Below are positions 15,585 through 29,400 of a stretch of 64,000 nt of DNA, piece by piece. The stretch is from contig CM082582.2 in NCBI GenBank assembly GCA_040954595.2, forward strand, positions 8,514,425 through 8,578,424, in the 5' to 3' direction. A program made the position numbers and the translations under genes. The notes beneath the pieces are model-generated. The model saw only the letters and a list, made by a program, of their open reading frames with translations, was not told the DNA's origin and did no database searches. Every line of letters begins with the position of its first letter. The first letter of the stretch is position 1. This DNA comes from Balanoglossus misakiensis (taxonomy: Eukaryota; Animalia; Hemichordata).

Positions 15585-17368
15585 GCCAGGAATGTGACAT
15601 TTTGTGTCACTTCAACAAGCACCCGTACAGACCCTAACTGACAGGCACCCTTGTCGGTTTGGAGATATGGAAAATAGCCAGTCTTAAATCAATCGAGTTT
15701 GAGCAGAAAAAGTGCCTGGATATCGAATCTCTGCATTTGTCAACTGTGCAATACTTCCTTGCAGTTTCATCAAAAGTGACGTGAGGGCATTGTTGGCTGT
15801 TATACGCGAAAGAATGCAATTTCCTGACACAGATGGCGCTGTTCATACCGACTGCCAGAAGGTGCATGTTTTGCTGAAATTTTTAAATTTCAAGGGGGTA
15901 ATTTCAATGTTACAGTGACCCCCACCCGATCTCGGATGGGCATTACTTTCTGTTCCACTCTATCATTTGAATGAAATCAAACCTCAAACATGATAACAGT
16001 TACAGATCAGTCAGCTGGTGAAAACATGGCAAATGTGTATTGGAATTACTACTATGTAGCATACATAGATTTCTTTTTTTCCTCCTTTCGTGTGCTAAGA
16101 ACCTAGACTAGAATTAGGTATTGATAGCATTATGTATTGATGCCTTTTGTGTGATGGCTATGTCATCGTGTTTACTTAATGTATAGTTCAACTTTGTTTG
16201 CATTTTTATTCTTGACTGACACTTTCCATGAGGATCATGTTACCCAGGAAAGAATTTGGGTGGGGAAGGGAGACACGGGATCATAGTGATGTGCTGACCC
16301 CTTCACTGGCTACAGTCTTTTTTATTGCATTGGCATTTAAACAAAAATAGACCTTATAATGAAAGGTTTTTTTCCCCTACAGTATCTTGTACAGTATTGT
16401 GTTCATGGGCTGTGCATTTCATCTTTTCTTGTCATTGTGGAGAATTGTGATCCCAGTACAGAGTCACCTTCTGCGTTGCTAGTATAGTTCTTGTTACAGC
16501 TAAGCCTTCTTGTGTTTTGCTGTAAAATTTGTTGAATTCATACTGCAATAACATTAATCATCCCATGTGTATTTTTTCAGTCGCACTACTGTACTTTGTT
16601 TTTACACGGCTATCTACTTTATTTGAATTATGTATACGTGTTGTAGTATTTATCAGAACTGTACTGAATTTTTTGTAACATTCAGAAAAAAAATAGAAAT
16701 GTATTACTATACACTAATGTTCTGTAATAAATATAATGCAAATTAAACCAATTTTTGTGTGAGGAAGTTTTACTGTTCAGTTCATATGTCATAGATGCAC
16801 TGTTGATGGGGATCACATACGCCAACTCGGAACAGATAGATATATAGATGCTGCAGTGGTTTTATGTGTGCAAGATGCCACTGGCATAAATTCAAAACGT
16901 AAACTGTCTCCCAACAATGCTGCAGTTTAGATTACAAAACGGTCAAGTGAAAATCCACCACAGTATAAGTAGAAGAAGAAAGGTTGCTAGAGCCCCATGT
17001 TTGACCATGCCAACGGACGCGTGATTTCGTTGAAAGGTCTTGTTTATCGGTGCTATGACAACCTTGAAACAACGCCCTTTCTTGACCCATGCTTTGACCG
17101 TACACATACCCGGAAGCGAGAGAATTCACCTGTGTATGTATCACGTCTCCAAGTGAAAATATACTTACGCTGATCTAGTGCGCTATATTCATTAGATATG
17201 TTTTATGTCGCAATTAAGTTTTAAAATAGTGCGCGTTTACTGTTTGGATTATTTCCTAGTAACGTGAGGTTGCTACGGCCGCACATGACCGACCGGTGGC
17301 CGCATATGTCCAGCGTGTATGTGTTGTAGCCCTCTATCATCCAACGTGAATATACGTGAAGGCGATCC

Positions 17369-17431
17369 AGGAAGTGAATGTGCGCATGTGGAAAGTAGTT
17401 CGTGGAGATTGTACGCAATCAAGATGGCGGC
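17369..17431 (+). promoter_or_regulatory. GLG1 proximal promoter motifs: ETS (CAGGAAGT), NRF1-like (TGCGCATG) and YY1 (AAGATGGCGGC) overlapping the start codon
   Basis: Motifs read directly from the sequence; a typical housekeeping-promoter combination. Confidence 0.45.
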
Positions 17432-20400
17432 CGGGCGACGTGGACATGTTGGAGTCGAGGGGATCATACTCCTGTCAGTACTTCTGATGTCGTTTATTCT
17501 TGTAGCGGGTAGCGAAACGAAGGAACTCCACAGAGTCAAGAGACAGGACCTTGGAGCGCAGCCAGATGCAGGTAATTTGGGCAAGGAGCAGGAAAAGAAC
17601 GCCTTAGACAATGTCGCGTTGCAGAATATGCCGAATGCTGGAGGTCAACTCCCTCAAGACGGTGTTGATGTTGTCGGTAACGAGCTTCCAGGGCCAGGCC
17701 CTCTTGGAAATCGGCAGCTCAAGTACGATCAGGAAGTGCAGAAACTGGGCGTGGATGCCCAGCGTCCACAACTTGCTGGCCAGGTCGGGGTGAACGAAAT
17801 TGCACCGCCAGACAACAGAAATCCCGTTGTCGGTGACCGGAGATTACCTCCTCAGGTTCCTGCCGGTCGAGTACCCCAGCAGGAAAGACCGAAGCAAGCG
17901 CAGCGATCGGGACAGCTCCGCATCGCCGATGGTCCCTGCAGAGACACGGTTAACACCCTGTGTGCGAACAACGCCCGTGGAAACAATTTCGCTGTGCTTG
18001 AGTGCTTGCAAAACGACAAGTCGGTAGGTAACATATTCAGATGCATTCGATATGTCACTGTCAGTAACAAGACATGTACGTTTCAATTCAGTACACAAGA
18101 TCACCGACCATGAAATGTACCGGTGTATTCGTTGTGTATGAATTTTACGCGAAGGATCACAGAAACGACTGTACTGCAGAACGACACCCGCTGTCAACTC
18201 TTTACACTTGTATTCTGGGCCATGCAAAGAACATGTAAGCATGTTGAAACAGTCCCACATCATCTGCCACTGGTAAATGGGCCCAGAATACAACACGTGT
18301 ATTTAAAACACAGGGTAGCCAAGGCAACAGTCTATTTTTCTCGAATTGCCCTTTTGGTATATAACACATCTGAAGATTGATACATGTACCAGATACAATA
18401 CACTTATTGTGTCCGCCTTTACAACTACAAGGCAAAACCACCTGAAATGGAATTTGCCCTTTCACCTCTTAAGACTAGCCTCACTCTCATTCCGGCATGT
18501 GACAATTTATCGTGTCATATCTGAAATGTTGTGGGTCTGAAGTTTCAATAGTACAGTGACAAAATTGTTTCTCATAAGAACAAAAATATGCGAAATAACC
18601 ATGGTAAAGAAACTCTGAGAGGTGGCTTTTTACCTTTTTTGTCACCCTCGGTGCCTAAATATACAATGAAACCAAACACCATAGGACTGAGAAAAATTGT
18701 TTAGTTTGTAGAAGCGTCTGGTTAAAAGAGGACAGGTCCTTTCCATCTGGTGACCGATGTGGAGACCCGGGGAAAGGTGTCCTGCGCAGAAAGCCTCTAG
18801 ATTAGACAGTGTTTGGTTTAGACATATTTCACTGTATATATGCAGACATACAAACTTAATGGCCGGGTTTGTAAGCATACAAAGGTTGACCTTCCCACTT
18901 TAGAGACCAATTTAGAGGAGACAGGGAATAATTGCTTAATGCTAATTTCTCTAAAGATAATTTCCTAAATGTGTGAGGCTCATTCATTTAATTTTTTAAT
19001 GAGATAATCTATAATTATTTAAGTGTCGTCACCTCTGAAAAGATTGAATGGAACGATTCAGTCATTGAGAGAGAGAGAGAGTTGTCCTTATTTAAATAAC
19101 ATGAATATACACTGGACTTAATAATGTATGGTGGAAGCTTTGTTACAAAAAAAGTGTAAAGATAAAAAAAGAAACTTTCCACAAAGTACCGGTACATGCA
19201 AGGCAGAAAATCTGTGCGTGTGTAAAATCACCCAACCTGTACCTGGTGTCGGTTTTAAATACGAAAGGCCTCAGTCACACAATGGTATTCAAGTGTCAAA
19301 TCTGGGGCAGTCTTTCCTTTTCAGATTTAAATGTCCCCTGATTCCCACCCACAATACTAGTCTTTTCAGACTATCTCCTTTTGTACCTGTGCCACGTCAT
19401 GCCAGTGTCTGTATTTTGTGAGTCACTGCAGCAATTATTTGCAAGTGGCTGTGAATAATTTAATGGGCTGTTGGAAGGGCACATTTTTCAATCGCTGGTT
19501 CTGACAACAGTGGGGGTGTGCATTGCGATTTCTCTGTTCTGTATTGAAATTTTGATCCATGAGTAAACTTCCTGCAAGACAGATTTGGTTTATAAAGTAT
19601 GTAATACGAGTGTCATTAATGCAATTGTAATTTTGTTCTGTTTCAGAATTATGAAAATATTCCGCCTGCCTGTCAACAGGTAAGTTTTGACTGATTTAAC
19701 AATGCTGTGTCTTTGCCGTTTCGCCACTTTATTCTTGCACTCAGAAAAGGGATATGGAACGTTATTTGAAACTTTCAATATTTCTTTTCTGTATGCAAAA
19801 CACATGGAAAATCATCGGGTGTAACAAAAGGGGAAAAGTAACACCAGGAAAATCCTTTGAATGTTCAATTTCTGTGCCAAATCATGAAATGCAGTGTCCT
19901 TTCCTGGTGCCAGAATTGGGAATATTATCTGAGAAATTGATGATCATCTATATGAACACGTGTAAAATTACTTTAGGCATGCGTAGGTGAACATATGTGA
20001 GCTGTAATCTGCCAGCTGCATTGCCCACGTCATATCGTGATGACGTAGGGTTTTCTCATATCCTGCCATCCAAATCTCATCTTTGAGAAGCAGTCTTTTC
20101 CCACATTCAGCACACGTTCACGACAGATGTTGGTAAAGTACCAATTTTACTTCAACCTGCTTCTTCGTTCTTCACAGCTAATTTTGTGAAATTCTGCAGA
20201 TATAAAACTGGGGAAAAAAGGGGCCAAACGCTGTCGTCTGCAGTGAATAAGAGTGTAGAACCTGATGGAACTTGTTAGTTTATATTGAACAATTATTTGA
20301 ATGATAAACACAAAGAGTTTATTGAGTATTTGAAGTATAAACAAATTCAAAATGTACAGGGTACATAGACCATATGTCATGAAACATGTCCCACTCCCAC

Positions 20401-23400
20401 ACTGCAGTCCATAAAGATATGCTATTGATGTTGACACATTAACTGCTTTTATTTCTACCTATAAAGACGTATCAATCTCAATTTTTGTTGTATTCTTGCC
20501 TTGGGGAAGACATATTTGTCATAAATTCATAAGGCTTTCTCAAATTCACGTACATGCATCAACAGGGTTTATAACAATATTTGTCAGGGTGTCATGTACC
20601 TGCTGCAAGATTTAGCCTATTTGACATTATTGAAACAAACTGCCCGGAAATGTCTGGCTTTTTCTATATGTGGCACAGTACAGTTAGTATGCACTTCATA
20701 ATAAATCTATTTTTAGTTACTGGACTCTTTTTGACACCTACGGTAGTCTCACAGGGTTTTTTTGTATGAAAGGTGGCAATGAAGCAACTTTTTATTTCCT
20801 TCTCTAACACCTGCAGATGGTCAATCAAAAATGAAGGAAGATTTATTGCGATTTATTTATTGCCTTTGTTCAAAGACATTGGCGGAGCGACTGTAGTATA
20901 AACAGTTGAGCTGAGAAGACCCACAGTTTATTATACTCAGCGTGCCTGGTTAAAGATACTCTGTTTCGCTGTTGGTCCATAGTATAATGTACATTGCTAC
21001 TGGAGACAGCTTGCATTCTCGTGTGTAGAATTTTGTATGCTTCATATACCCTGGCACTAGGCTGGCAGAGTGTCGCATACTGTTGGAATTTAACCCATGC
21101 CATTTATCCTGTCACATGCTGAGTACTGTGGTTGTTCTTGTATGAAAAACACATGCCCTGATGAAGTCATCTGATAGCGATGCAATTGCATATATGTGCG
21201 AATGAGCATATTTTCTGTGTTCATATCTACACGTAATAGCGTCGTTTGTACCTGTGGAATCTTTGCATGCCTGAATGGTAGTGTTCATTTACCGGGAAAG
21301 TACCTTACCGAACAAGCCACTGACCAAAATGCTCATTATCATCGCAGGGAATTTATTTGATCAAGTTTATGACAGTTGGCACGCTTCGCTTCTCAGGACC
21401 CGGGCGACAATGTCCGCTAATGATGCCAATCAGTCTTATTGACAGATTCATGAACAGGTATCTCTGTAAAGCCACGTATATTGATGCAGCCAATAATCTG
21501 TCATACAAGAAGTAGTTTATGATATTCAGACGCGGTACATATTTTCTCTTGATAATTTCCTCACAACTGGCAACGCAATATGCATATGAAGCTCCCCAAG
21601 TGCCTCAAAATAATTGTGTTTGTAGTTTGAGACAGAGAGCTTCAGAATTCCCAACTTTATAATGGTAAATGTGCTTGACATGTAGGTTCACTGTATAGAC
21701 TTGCCTTTTGAACCCTGAGCTCTGTAGTGACCTTTTACATGCAGGACTTATCCTTGAATTTTAATGTTCAGTACCAGTCATTTTATTGATGAAAGGGAAG
21801 ACATCCCATATCAGCCTAGTCTCTCTTTAAAAGGCTTTTTATTTGAATGCTGTCACAGGCCACCTGTAGTGCCTCTTTCCCAGGATCTCATCCATCTACT
21901 CAACAAGTAGTTGCACATTGTGGAAAATTGCCTTTCTCATTAGTGACATTTATAAATTACCGTGTATTCTAACTCCTGTCTTTTTAATTATGCACTACAA
22001 TGTACTCTATATACTGCTGAGCAATGTAATAATAAGGAGCTAGCTGAGCTGATAATAGACAAATAAAAAACCAGTCTTGGGTTACTGTAGTGCTAGCCTA
22101 CAACGTAATCTGTACATGTACACATTTATGAGTATGGCAGCCATCTTGAATTGCAAGTGTTACTTGTAAATTTTATATAATCAGACTCCCTTTGCAAGAA
22201 AAATTACATGATGACTCACTGTTGTCTTCTTGAGAACAATTTACTGTTTTACCCCATGAAATCTTTGAGCAAAGGGGTTTAAGAATCTAATTTTCAATTG
22301 CTGGGATATTTTTCTTCACACAAGTGGCAGTAAATACATTAACAATAAAATTCATCCATCTTCATCCATTTTGCAGTTTTTGTGGGACTACAAGTACAAT
22401 TTGACACTAGACATCAGGTTTGACTCGGCTACTTTCGAAGTATGCAAGGAACCTCTGACAAAGGTAGGTTTACTTTATTTAAGATGTCAAGCCGTTTCTA
22501 ACACTTTCACTGAATAGCTGAAACCACATCACATGACACCTGAAAATTTGAATGTACCCGTAGTACTATTGTGTACTGGTCACGAAATTGCAATATGGCA
22601 GTCTGTCGACCACCTGTTGGCACTATACAAATGCCCACATCCAGAAACATGTGCCTTCAACTGTTCTTTGTAATCCCTTGACAGTTCACAGAGTGCCAGC
22701 AGATGGAAAGGGGCAAAGGTCAAATCATCCCCTGTCTCCTGGAGCACAGAGAAAACATCACCCACCAGCAGTGTCGCCAGTACCTGTCCAAAATGGCCAG
22801 CATCATTTTCAGCGACTACAGACTTCTCACTGGATTCTATGAACAGTGCAAGGACGAGGTGTCCAGGCTGGGATGCGGTTCAATTGATCGTACAAGGGTA
22901 AGGACTGACACCTCCTTGAGTTCTTTGCATCCATGGCAACCGTTGCCTAGCAATTTGAGTCCTTCTTTATTGCCTTCATTTTTAAAGCCCATACCAATTG
23001 CCCGACTAGGTAAATTGCAGCTCGGTCATTGAAAAATCCAAAAAATTGAGAACTAAAGCCATAGTGACGAACATATCAGAAGCAGATGTGTTTTCCCCTC
23101 TAATGGGGTGATCAATGCTTCCATATCAGATTACCGTATCCTAGGCGATGACTGTCAGTGACACTTGTGGTATCCAAGGTGATGGCATTTTCGAAAGACA
23201 AGTGTAATCTTTGCTTGACCTACTCAAAAAATGAAATAAAAAAAATATCTGTCTCTTCCCGACAGAGTGAAATCCACGACCAAGGTAGCACCATTAACTG
23301 CCTGGAGAAGAAAGTGGATGAGGTGCTCGGCGAATGCAAGCATCAGATTTTCCGGGTTGCTGAGTTATCCTCGAACGATTACCACCAGGACCGTGCCTTG

Positions 23401-26400
23401 TTCTTTGCGTGCCGAAACGACCGGGAGAGGTTTTGCGAATCTGTGACGTCAGGAAACGGGAAGGTGTACAAGTGTCTGGTGAAACACAAATTTGAACACG
23501 ATATGAGTGATTCGGTGAGTATTATTTTCACTTCGCACCAGAGTTCTATCACAGAAAATAAGTCAAAATTTTATTAACCGATACTATCTTTGATTTTACT
23601 TCCTGTACAGTGTCGAGAGAAGCTCACCATCAGACAAAAACTCACGGCTGAGGATTACAAAGTCAGCTTCAAACTCCAGAAGGCGTGCAGCGCCGATCTG
23701 AAAAAATATCACTGTGAATTTCACCACGTGAAACACAAAGAAGCCAAGCTGTCCTTCATGCTGCTGTGCCTTGAGAACCAAATCAAGAAAGGTAAAAAAT
23801 TTGCTTTGAATTGATTTTCAGCTAAAACGGTTCTGGCAAGCTGTTTAGCAAAATGGAGTCATTCAGCATGGAGTTTGAATTAATTTTCTGGCGTGTTCTT
23901 TGGCTCGCAGGCAACAAAGTGGACGGCGAGTGCAAGGGTGAGATGTTCGACAAACGGAAAGAGCTGCTGGAAGACTACCTGGTGAATCCGGAGATCATCT
24001 TGGGATGTCACAACGAGATTGAGAAGAAGTGCCACGGACTCCAGAGGCAAGGCAAGACTCTGCACTGCCTGATGGCTCTCGCCAAACAAGGGCAGATAGA
24101 AAACACTTGTCGCGATGCTGTGAGTAGGATTTTCCAACCCTTCACCGGATCTTTCCTGTTCAACTTTTCATTTATCACATTATTATAGATTTTGCTCAAA
24201 TTTATAACTGTGACTCTCAAAGAAAAAATTCTGAATTTTTTCTCACCAAAAGTAGCCAATAAAAGCATCAGAAATGAGAGGATCGGTACTTTTGGTTTCA
24301 AATGATCTTAGACACATAATGATGATACTATTTTGGGTCGTTTCACTCGCCAGGTTGAAGAGTTGATCAAGGAGACTGACGCAGGGGAGGACTATCGCAT
24401 TGACAGCGCTCTGCAGAAGTCGTGTCAGCCAGTGGTGGACACGGCATGCAAGAAAATAGAACCTGGGGATGCTGCGTAAGTACAGTGACCGTTGAAGTCG
24501 TTAGAGTCGAAGATTTGAACTGTTGTGGCTCTCACTACTAGTATTAGTACGCTGCTGTTTAAATCATCACTGTACCCCTTGACTGCAGCAAATCTTTCGT
24601 CTCAATGACAAAAACATTTTTTTCCTGACTACAGGATACTGTCCTGCTTGATGGAACACCTCTATACGCCAGCCATGGTTCCAGATTGTGAAAAGGAATT
24701 ATTGGAGCTGCAGTATTTTGTTTCCAGGGATTTCAGGTAGGAGACTGTTCATGGTTGAAAGTGAGAATTTACAGTTGTCAAGATGCTATTCTTATTATGT
24801 GACATACAGAGTAGATCACAAAAAGGCCTCTGTTTCGTCCGTGTCTCCTCAGACTCGACCCAAGACTCTACCAAAACTGCAAAGACGATGCGACCAATCT
24901 GTGCAACGCTCCCAAGGACTGGATGGATGAAAGCGAAGACGGCAAAGATGCGCTGGGAGCCGGAGTGGTGTTCGCCTGTCTCCATAGATACCTACATCCG
25001 AAGCAGGGAGATCAGAAAGTGAGTAGTCCGGTAGCTTGTCAGTGTCCCTCCTAGGAATTTCTGATACAGTACTGGCTAATTTGCATGATAATATAATCAG
25101 TTGTTACGATAATGAGTTTCTATTGTTTTTTATTTGCAGCTGACCCGGAAGTGTGCCAGCGAAGTCCACAGGGTCTTGAGACGCCGAGCTGATGACGTCA
25201 ACCTGCATCCCAGAATCGAAGCGTCCTGCAAAGAATACCTGGGCCGGTTCTGTTCGGAAAACGTCAACAAAGGAGAGGTGAGATAAGATCAAAAATGCCT
25301 TCCTGATAAATCAGAAACCCCCGATAGATATTAACATGCATTTGCATGCGGTGTGGGTAATTTTCTTGAGTCACCAGTGAGTTTGTTGAGTCAGTGACGC
25401 ATCATGTGGCTTAGAGAACGCACTGGTGGCAGGTCTCTTACCAGTCATGGATTCACCTTGGACAGACTGGTCTAATTACTTCTTGTTTTGTTTTGTTTCT
25501 CCGACAGGAAATGAACTGCTTGCAAGAGCACCTTGAAGACCTGCACGGAGAGTGCAAGATGTTGATCGGCAACTTCACAGTTGAAGAAGCAGAGGACATC
25601 AAACTGGACCGGCTCCTCATGAAAGCCTGTGAGCCTATGCTGAATAAGTTCTGCAAGGTATGTGGAAGAAATGTCACTGCCTTGCCGTGAAAGAAAGCAG
25701 GTCGCGTAGTTTCATCTAAACTAATTGTGTCAAGGGGAACCCTTTAACATAACCAAGGACTACCACCGTTTTAATACCAGGGAACAACCCCGAACGAGAA
25801 ATGCTGGGAAGTAAAGCACACCGCCACCCCCATGCTGTTAACCTTCTCACCCCAATCTCCCTGGGTTCAGAGTTTAAATGGTTAAGATGAGGTTAAGAAT
25901 GTTTCCACACACACACACCCAGTGTCTGTGGAGATCTTTGTGGTTGTAACAAGCTTGCTCTGTTGGTGTTCACGCATTGCGGAAGAGATAAATGCCGCAT
26001 TTTGTGCCATTAGGGGACAGTTATTCAAAATCTGGGTTTTTCCCGTAATTTTGCGAAAGAAGATTGCTACACACATTGCATTACACTGAGCGCTGTCGTT
26101 GGTATTTGACTAATAACTCAGCCACTGTACTAATACACCCAGAATTAATACCTCACAACTGCCTGCGTATCAGTAGTCACACTGTAATTAATCTAATTGG
26201 ATTTGCATTATGCACGATTTGGTGACGTGGCTGCTTCGAGGTGTACACAGCATGAAATGAAATATTGAGGTCTAAATAAAAAATTGAACCGAGAGTGAGA
26301 AATGAATGCACATTAACATGTTGCTTGGAATGTATCCAAATTTGATGGAAATTAAGTGGAATTTATATTCTCATGCAACAGGTGGGCATTGAAGGGATTA

Positions 26401-29400
26401 GTACATGTATGTGGTATTTTACGCCATATGTTGAAAAAATAAATGGTCACAATATGATGGTGATAGCTTTTATTTTAGCGACATGCCAAGGATTGACCCC
26501 CCACCCACCCACGTTTTTTATTCGAAATTTTTATGTCCACACTGGCGTTGAAACATGCAATTAATTAATTGAAACTGCAACTGGTAATCACATGGATGGA
26601 AGTTACCTGTGTTATTTGTACATCGTTGTTTGTTTCCAATGTTTTTTTTACCTCAGACTTCCATACCAGGAATGAAAGAGAAAGCATTTGCACAGGTAGA
26701 TAACCCTTAGTAACAGTTTGTAGTGGTAGCATTGGTTAATTCCACTTCCCTTAGTACACATCCCCACTGCAGCACTTGGCTGTTTTAAAGGCTTGCATAC
26801 AAATGCATGTACTGTTATTTTTTTTAAAAAGCATAGCAGCTGTGACCTCCTATATTTTTGTTCAGAATTTTGTGCGTGTGCCAACGGTACATTCTTGTTA
26901 TGTTTTAAGTGTATTGAAATGCCGGCTGAGTCAATGCCGTTTTGCAGTGTGTGGTCTTATTGTTCATAATTTAATAACTGGCCAATACAAGCCAAGTGAG
27001 ACTAGCCACTAGCTTAAAACAGAAAACAGCAACTTCACATAGTGTTGTGAAAAACTGTCATTTCCAGTAGTGTTTTGTTTGGGTTTATTTCACTTTCCAA
27101 ATGAAAACAGCCATTTTAAATCTTTACATACTATTTTTTTGGAGGCTGTCATGGTACTCCTTCAGAATTATACAGTAGGGACTAACAATTCGGTAAGGAT
27201 CGACCATCAAAATGATTTAGGGTTGGAATTTACAGGAAGCATGCTACTAACATAACAAAATCCTTTGGTCATCCCTACAGTCAATGGATTGGTCTTTATC
27301 CAGCTGTGCATGGGTTTATCCTGCGTCCATCCACAGCAATTACTTGGACATGCATTAACTGATGTTATTAAGGACAACATTTGCATATCAATTTGCTTTG
27401 CAATATGATCCAATATGGCTGCCAGGTGGCCATTCTCTTGCAGTTGTTGGTTCCCGTTCCGGTTTATAGCATTGGGAGCTTATGGGATTTTTTAAAATGT
27501 TAATGTAATAATAGTTGTTTACCATCAGAGCAAGCTTGGTAAATGCAAAGGTTGAAAATTACCCCAAGGATAGATTTGGAATTTGACGGGAGGGGAGGGG
27601 GAAGCTGAATAAGGAACTTATCATAAAGATTTCTTGTGTGTGGTATTAATTTTTTCTGTGCTCAGGATGTTCTGACCCAGGAACAGGATGAAGGGAACTT
27701 GATGCGTTGTCTGATTGAAAACAAGAATGCCGTCGGAATGAACCCAGACTGTTCTACAGGAATTGAACACTTCCAGTTGGTGAGTACACTCTTGGCCTTG
27801 TATGAGATCTGACGCTGTTGACCACATGTTCTGCTTGTAAAAAAAAATGACAAATTTATCTGTTGTTTTATTTTCAGCTGCAAATGAAGGACTACAGGTT
27901 CAGTTTCAAATTCAAAGAAGCCTGCAAAAGCGATGTTCTGAAAAACTGTAAGGGAATAAAGAGCAAGTAAGTACAGAGCCTTGAAATTTGGAGGGGGTGG
28001 GGGAGGTTACCGGGGCTGTAGATACTGAAGTACGGTAGTCACATAACAGTAGAAAGATGCCTGTAGTACAACTGACGGATGTAATGACATTTCACTTTTC
28101 ACAGGGGAGAAGTAGTGAGCTGCCTGAGTAGTATAGTGCTCAACGATACACTGAGACACGTACAACACACTGTGGCAGAACAGTGTCGGAACCAACTCAA
28201 GGTGGCGCTCATGGATAGGGTGGGTACCATCTTCAATATCTGTATCTGTGTCACCGACACCGCTGCCCTTTCTCTGTGATATGGATTCGCTGTCTAGTTC
28301 CTGCCTGCTCATTACAAACATCTTCTTGAATCATTGTAATCCAACTCTTGCAGACATGCGAGACCCATTTACAAGATGCAGACTACATTTACACCACTTT
28401 GAAATCCTGTGTTACAGTTTTACTGCCTGATAGCTCATATGGGGCAACTGTCAAATCATAACTGTTGAATATCCTGCTGAAATCTGTGCAGCATTTTCAC
28501 TGACTAGGGTATTTCTTCTTGATGATTGCTTCACTCTCAACTCATTTTTTCCCCCAGTCGGAAAACGTGCAACTCGATCCAGATCTGGAGAGGACGTGCG
28601 ATTTCGACATCAAGTCCTTCTGCAAGGAAGTCCACTTTGGAAATGCCAAGGTGAGTCATGTGACTAAGCTACACTGACCTTTGACCTCTACTGTCAGCCA
28701 TGTTGGCAAATCAAACTTGGCAGTTAACACTATGCAGGGATACGTCCTTCGTTACACACTCTAGCATTCACGTAGGAGTCCAAACCAGATGACATGTCTT
28801 GTGGATCTGTTTTCAGGTTCTGGAATGTCTGAAAGAACACAAGAAGGAACTGACGCCAAAGTGTCATATGAAGGTCTTCAACCGACAGAAAGCTGAGGCT
28901 GAGAACCCCGAACTGGACTACACCTTCATGAGAGTCTGCAAGCGTATGATCAAGGTACAGTGGGCCGGGTTATCGCAGGCAATGAATGATACCAGAAAAC
29001 TTGAATGCTGTGTGTGTGTGTGTGTGTGCAGGGGAATTTTGAAATCAGTACGTAGCTGTAAAAAACAACAACGCTTTGCTTATACTCAACAGCAATTCTG
29101 TCCAGACTCTGACCCGAAGGACATATTCAAGTGTTTGAAAAACCACAAGAACGAAGCTTCCATGGAGCAAAAGTGAGTTCTCATACACTTTATTGTGTTG
29201 TGTGATTTGAAGATTAGAGACTAGTTTTGTACACCTCATCATTGCCTGTCAATGCACAGTACAAAATAATGTTTAATTCTCGTCCTGCTATAAAGAATCT
29301 TTCCATTTTCTGATGATAACATTTTTCTTCTGCCCCCCCCCCCCCCACTCCCAAGGTGCAAACAAGTCATCACCAAGAGACAGATAACCAAGAACACAGA

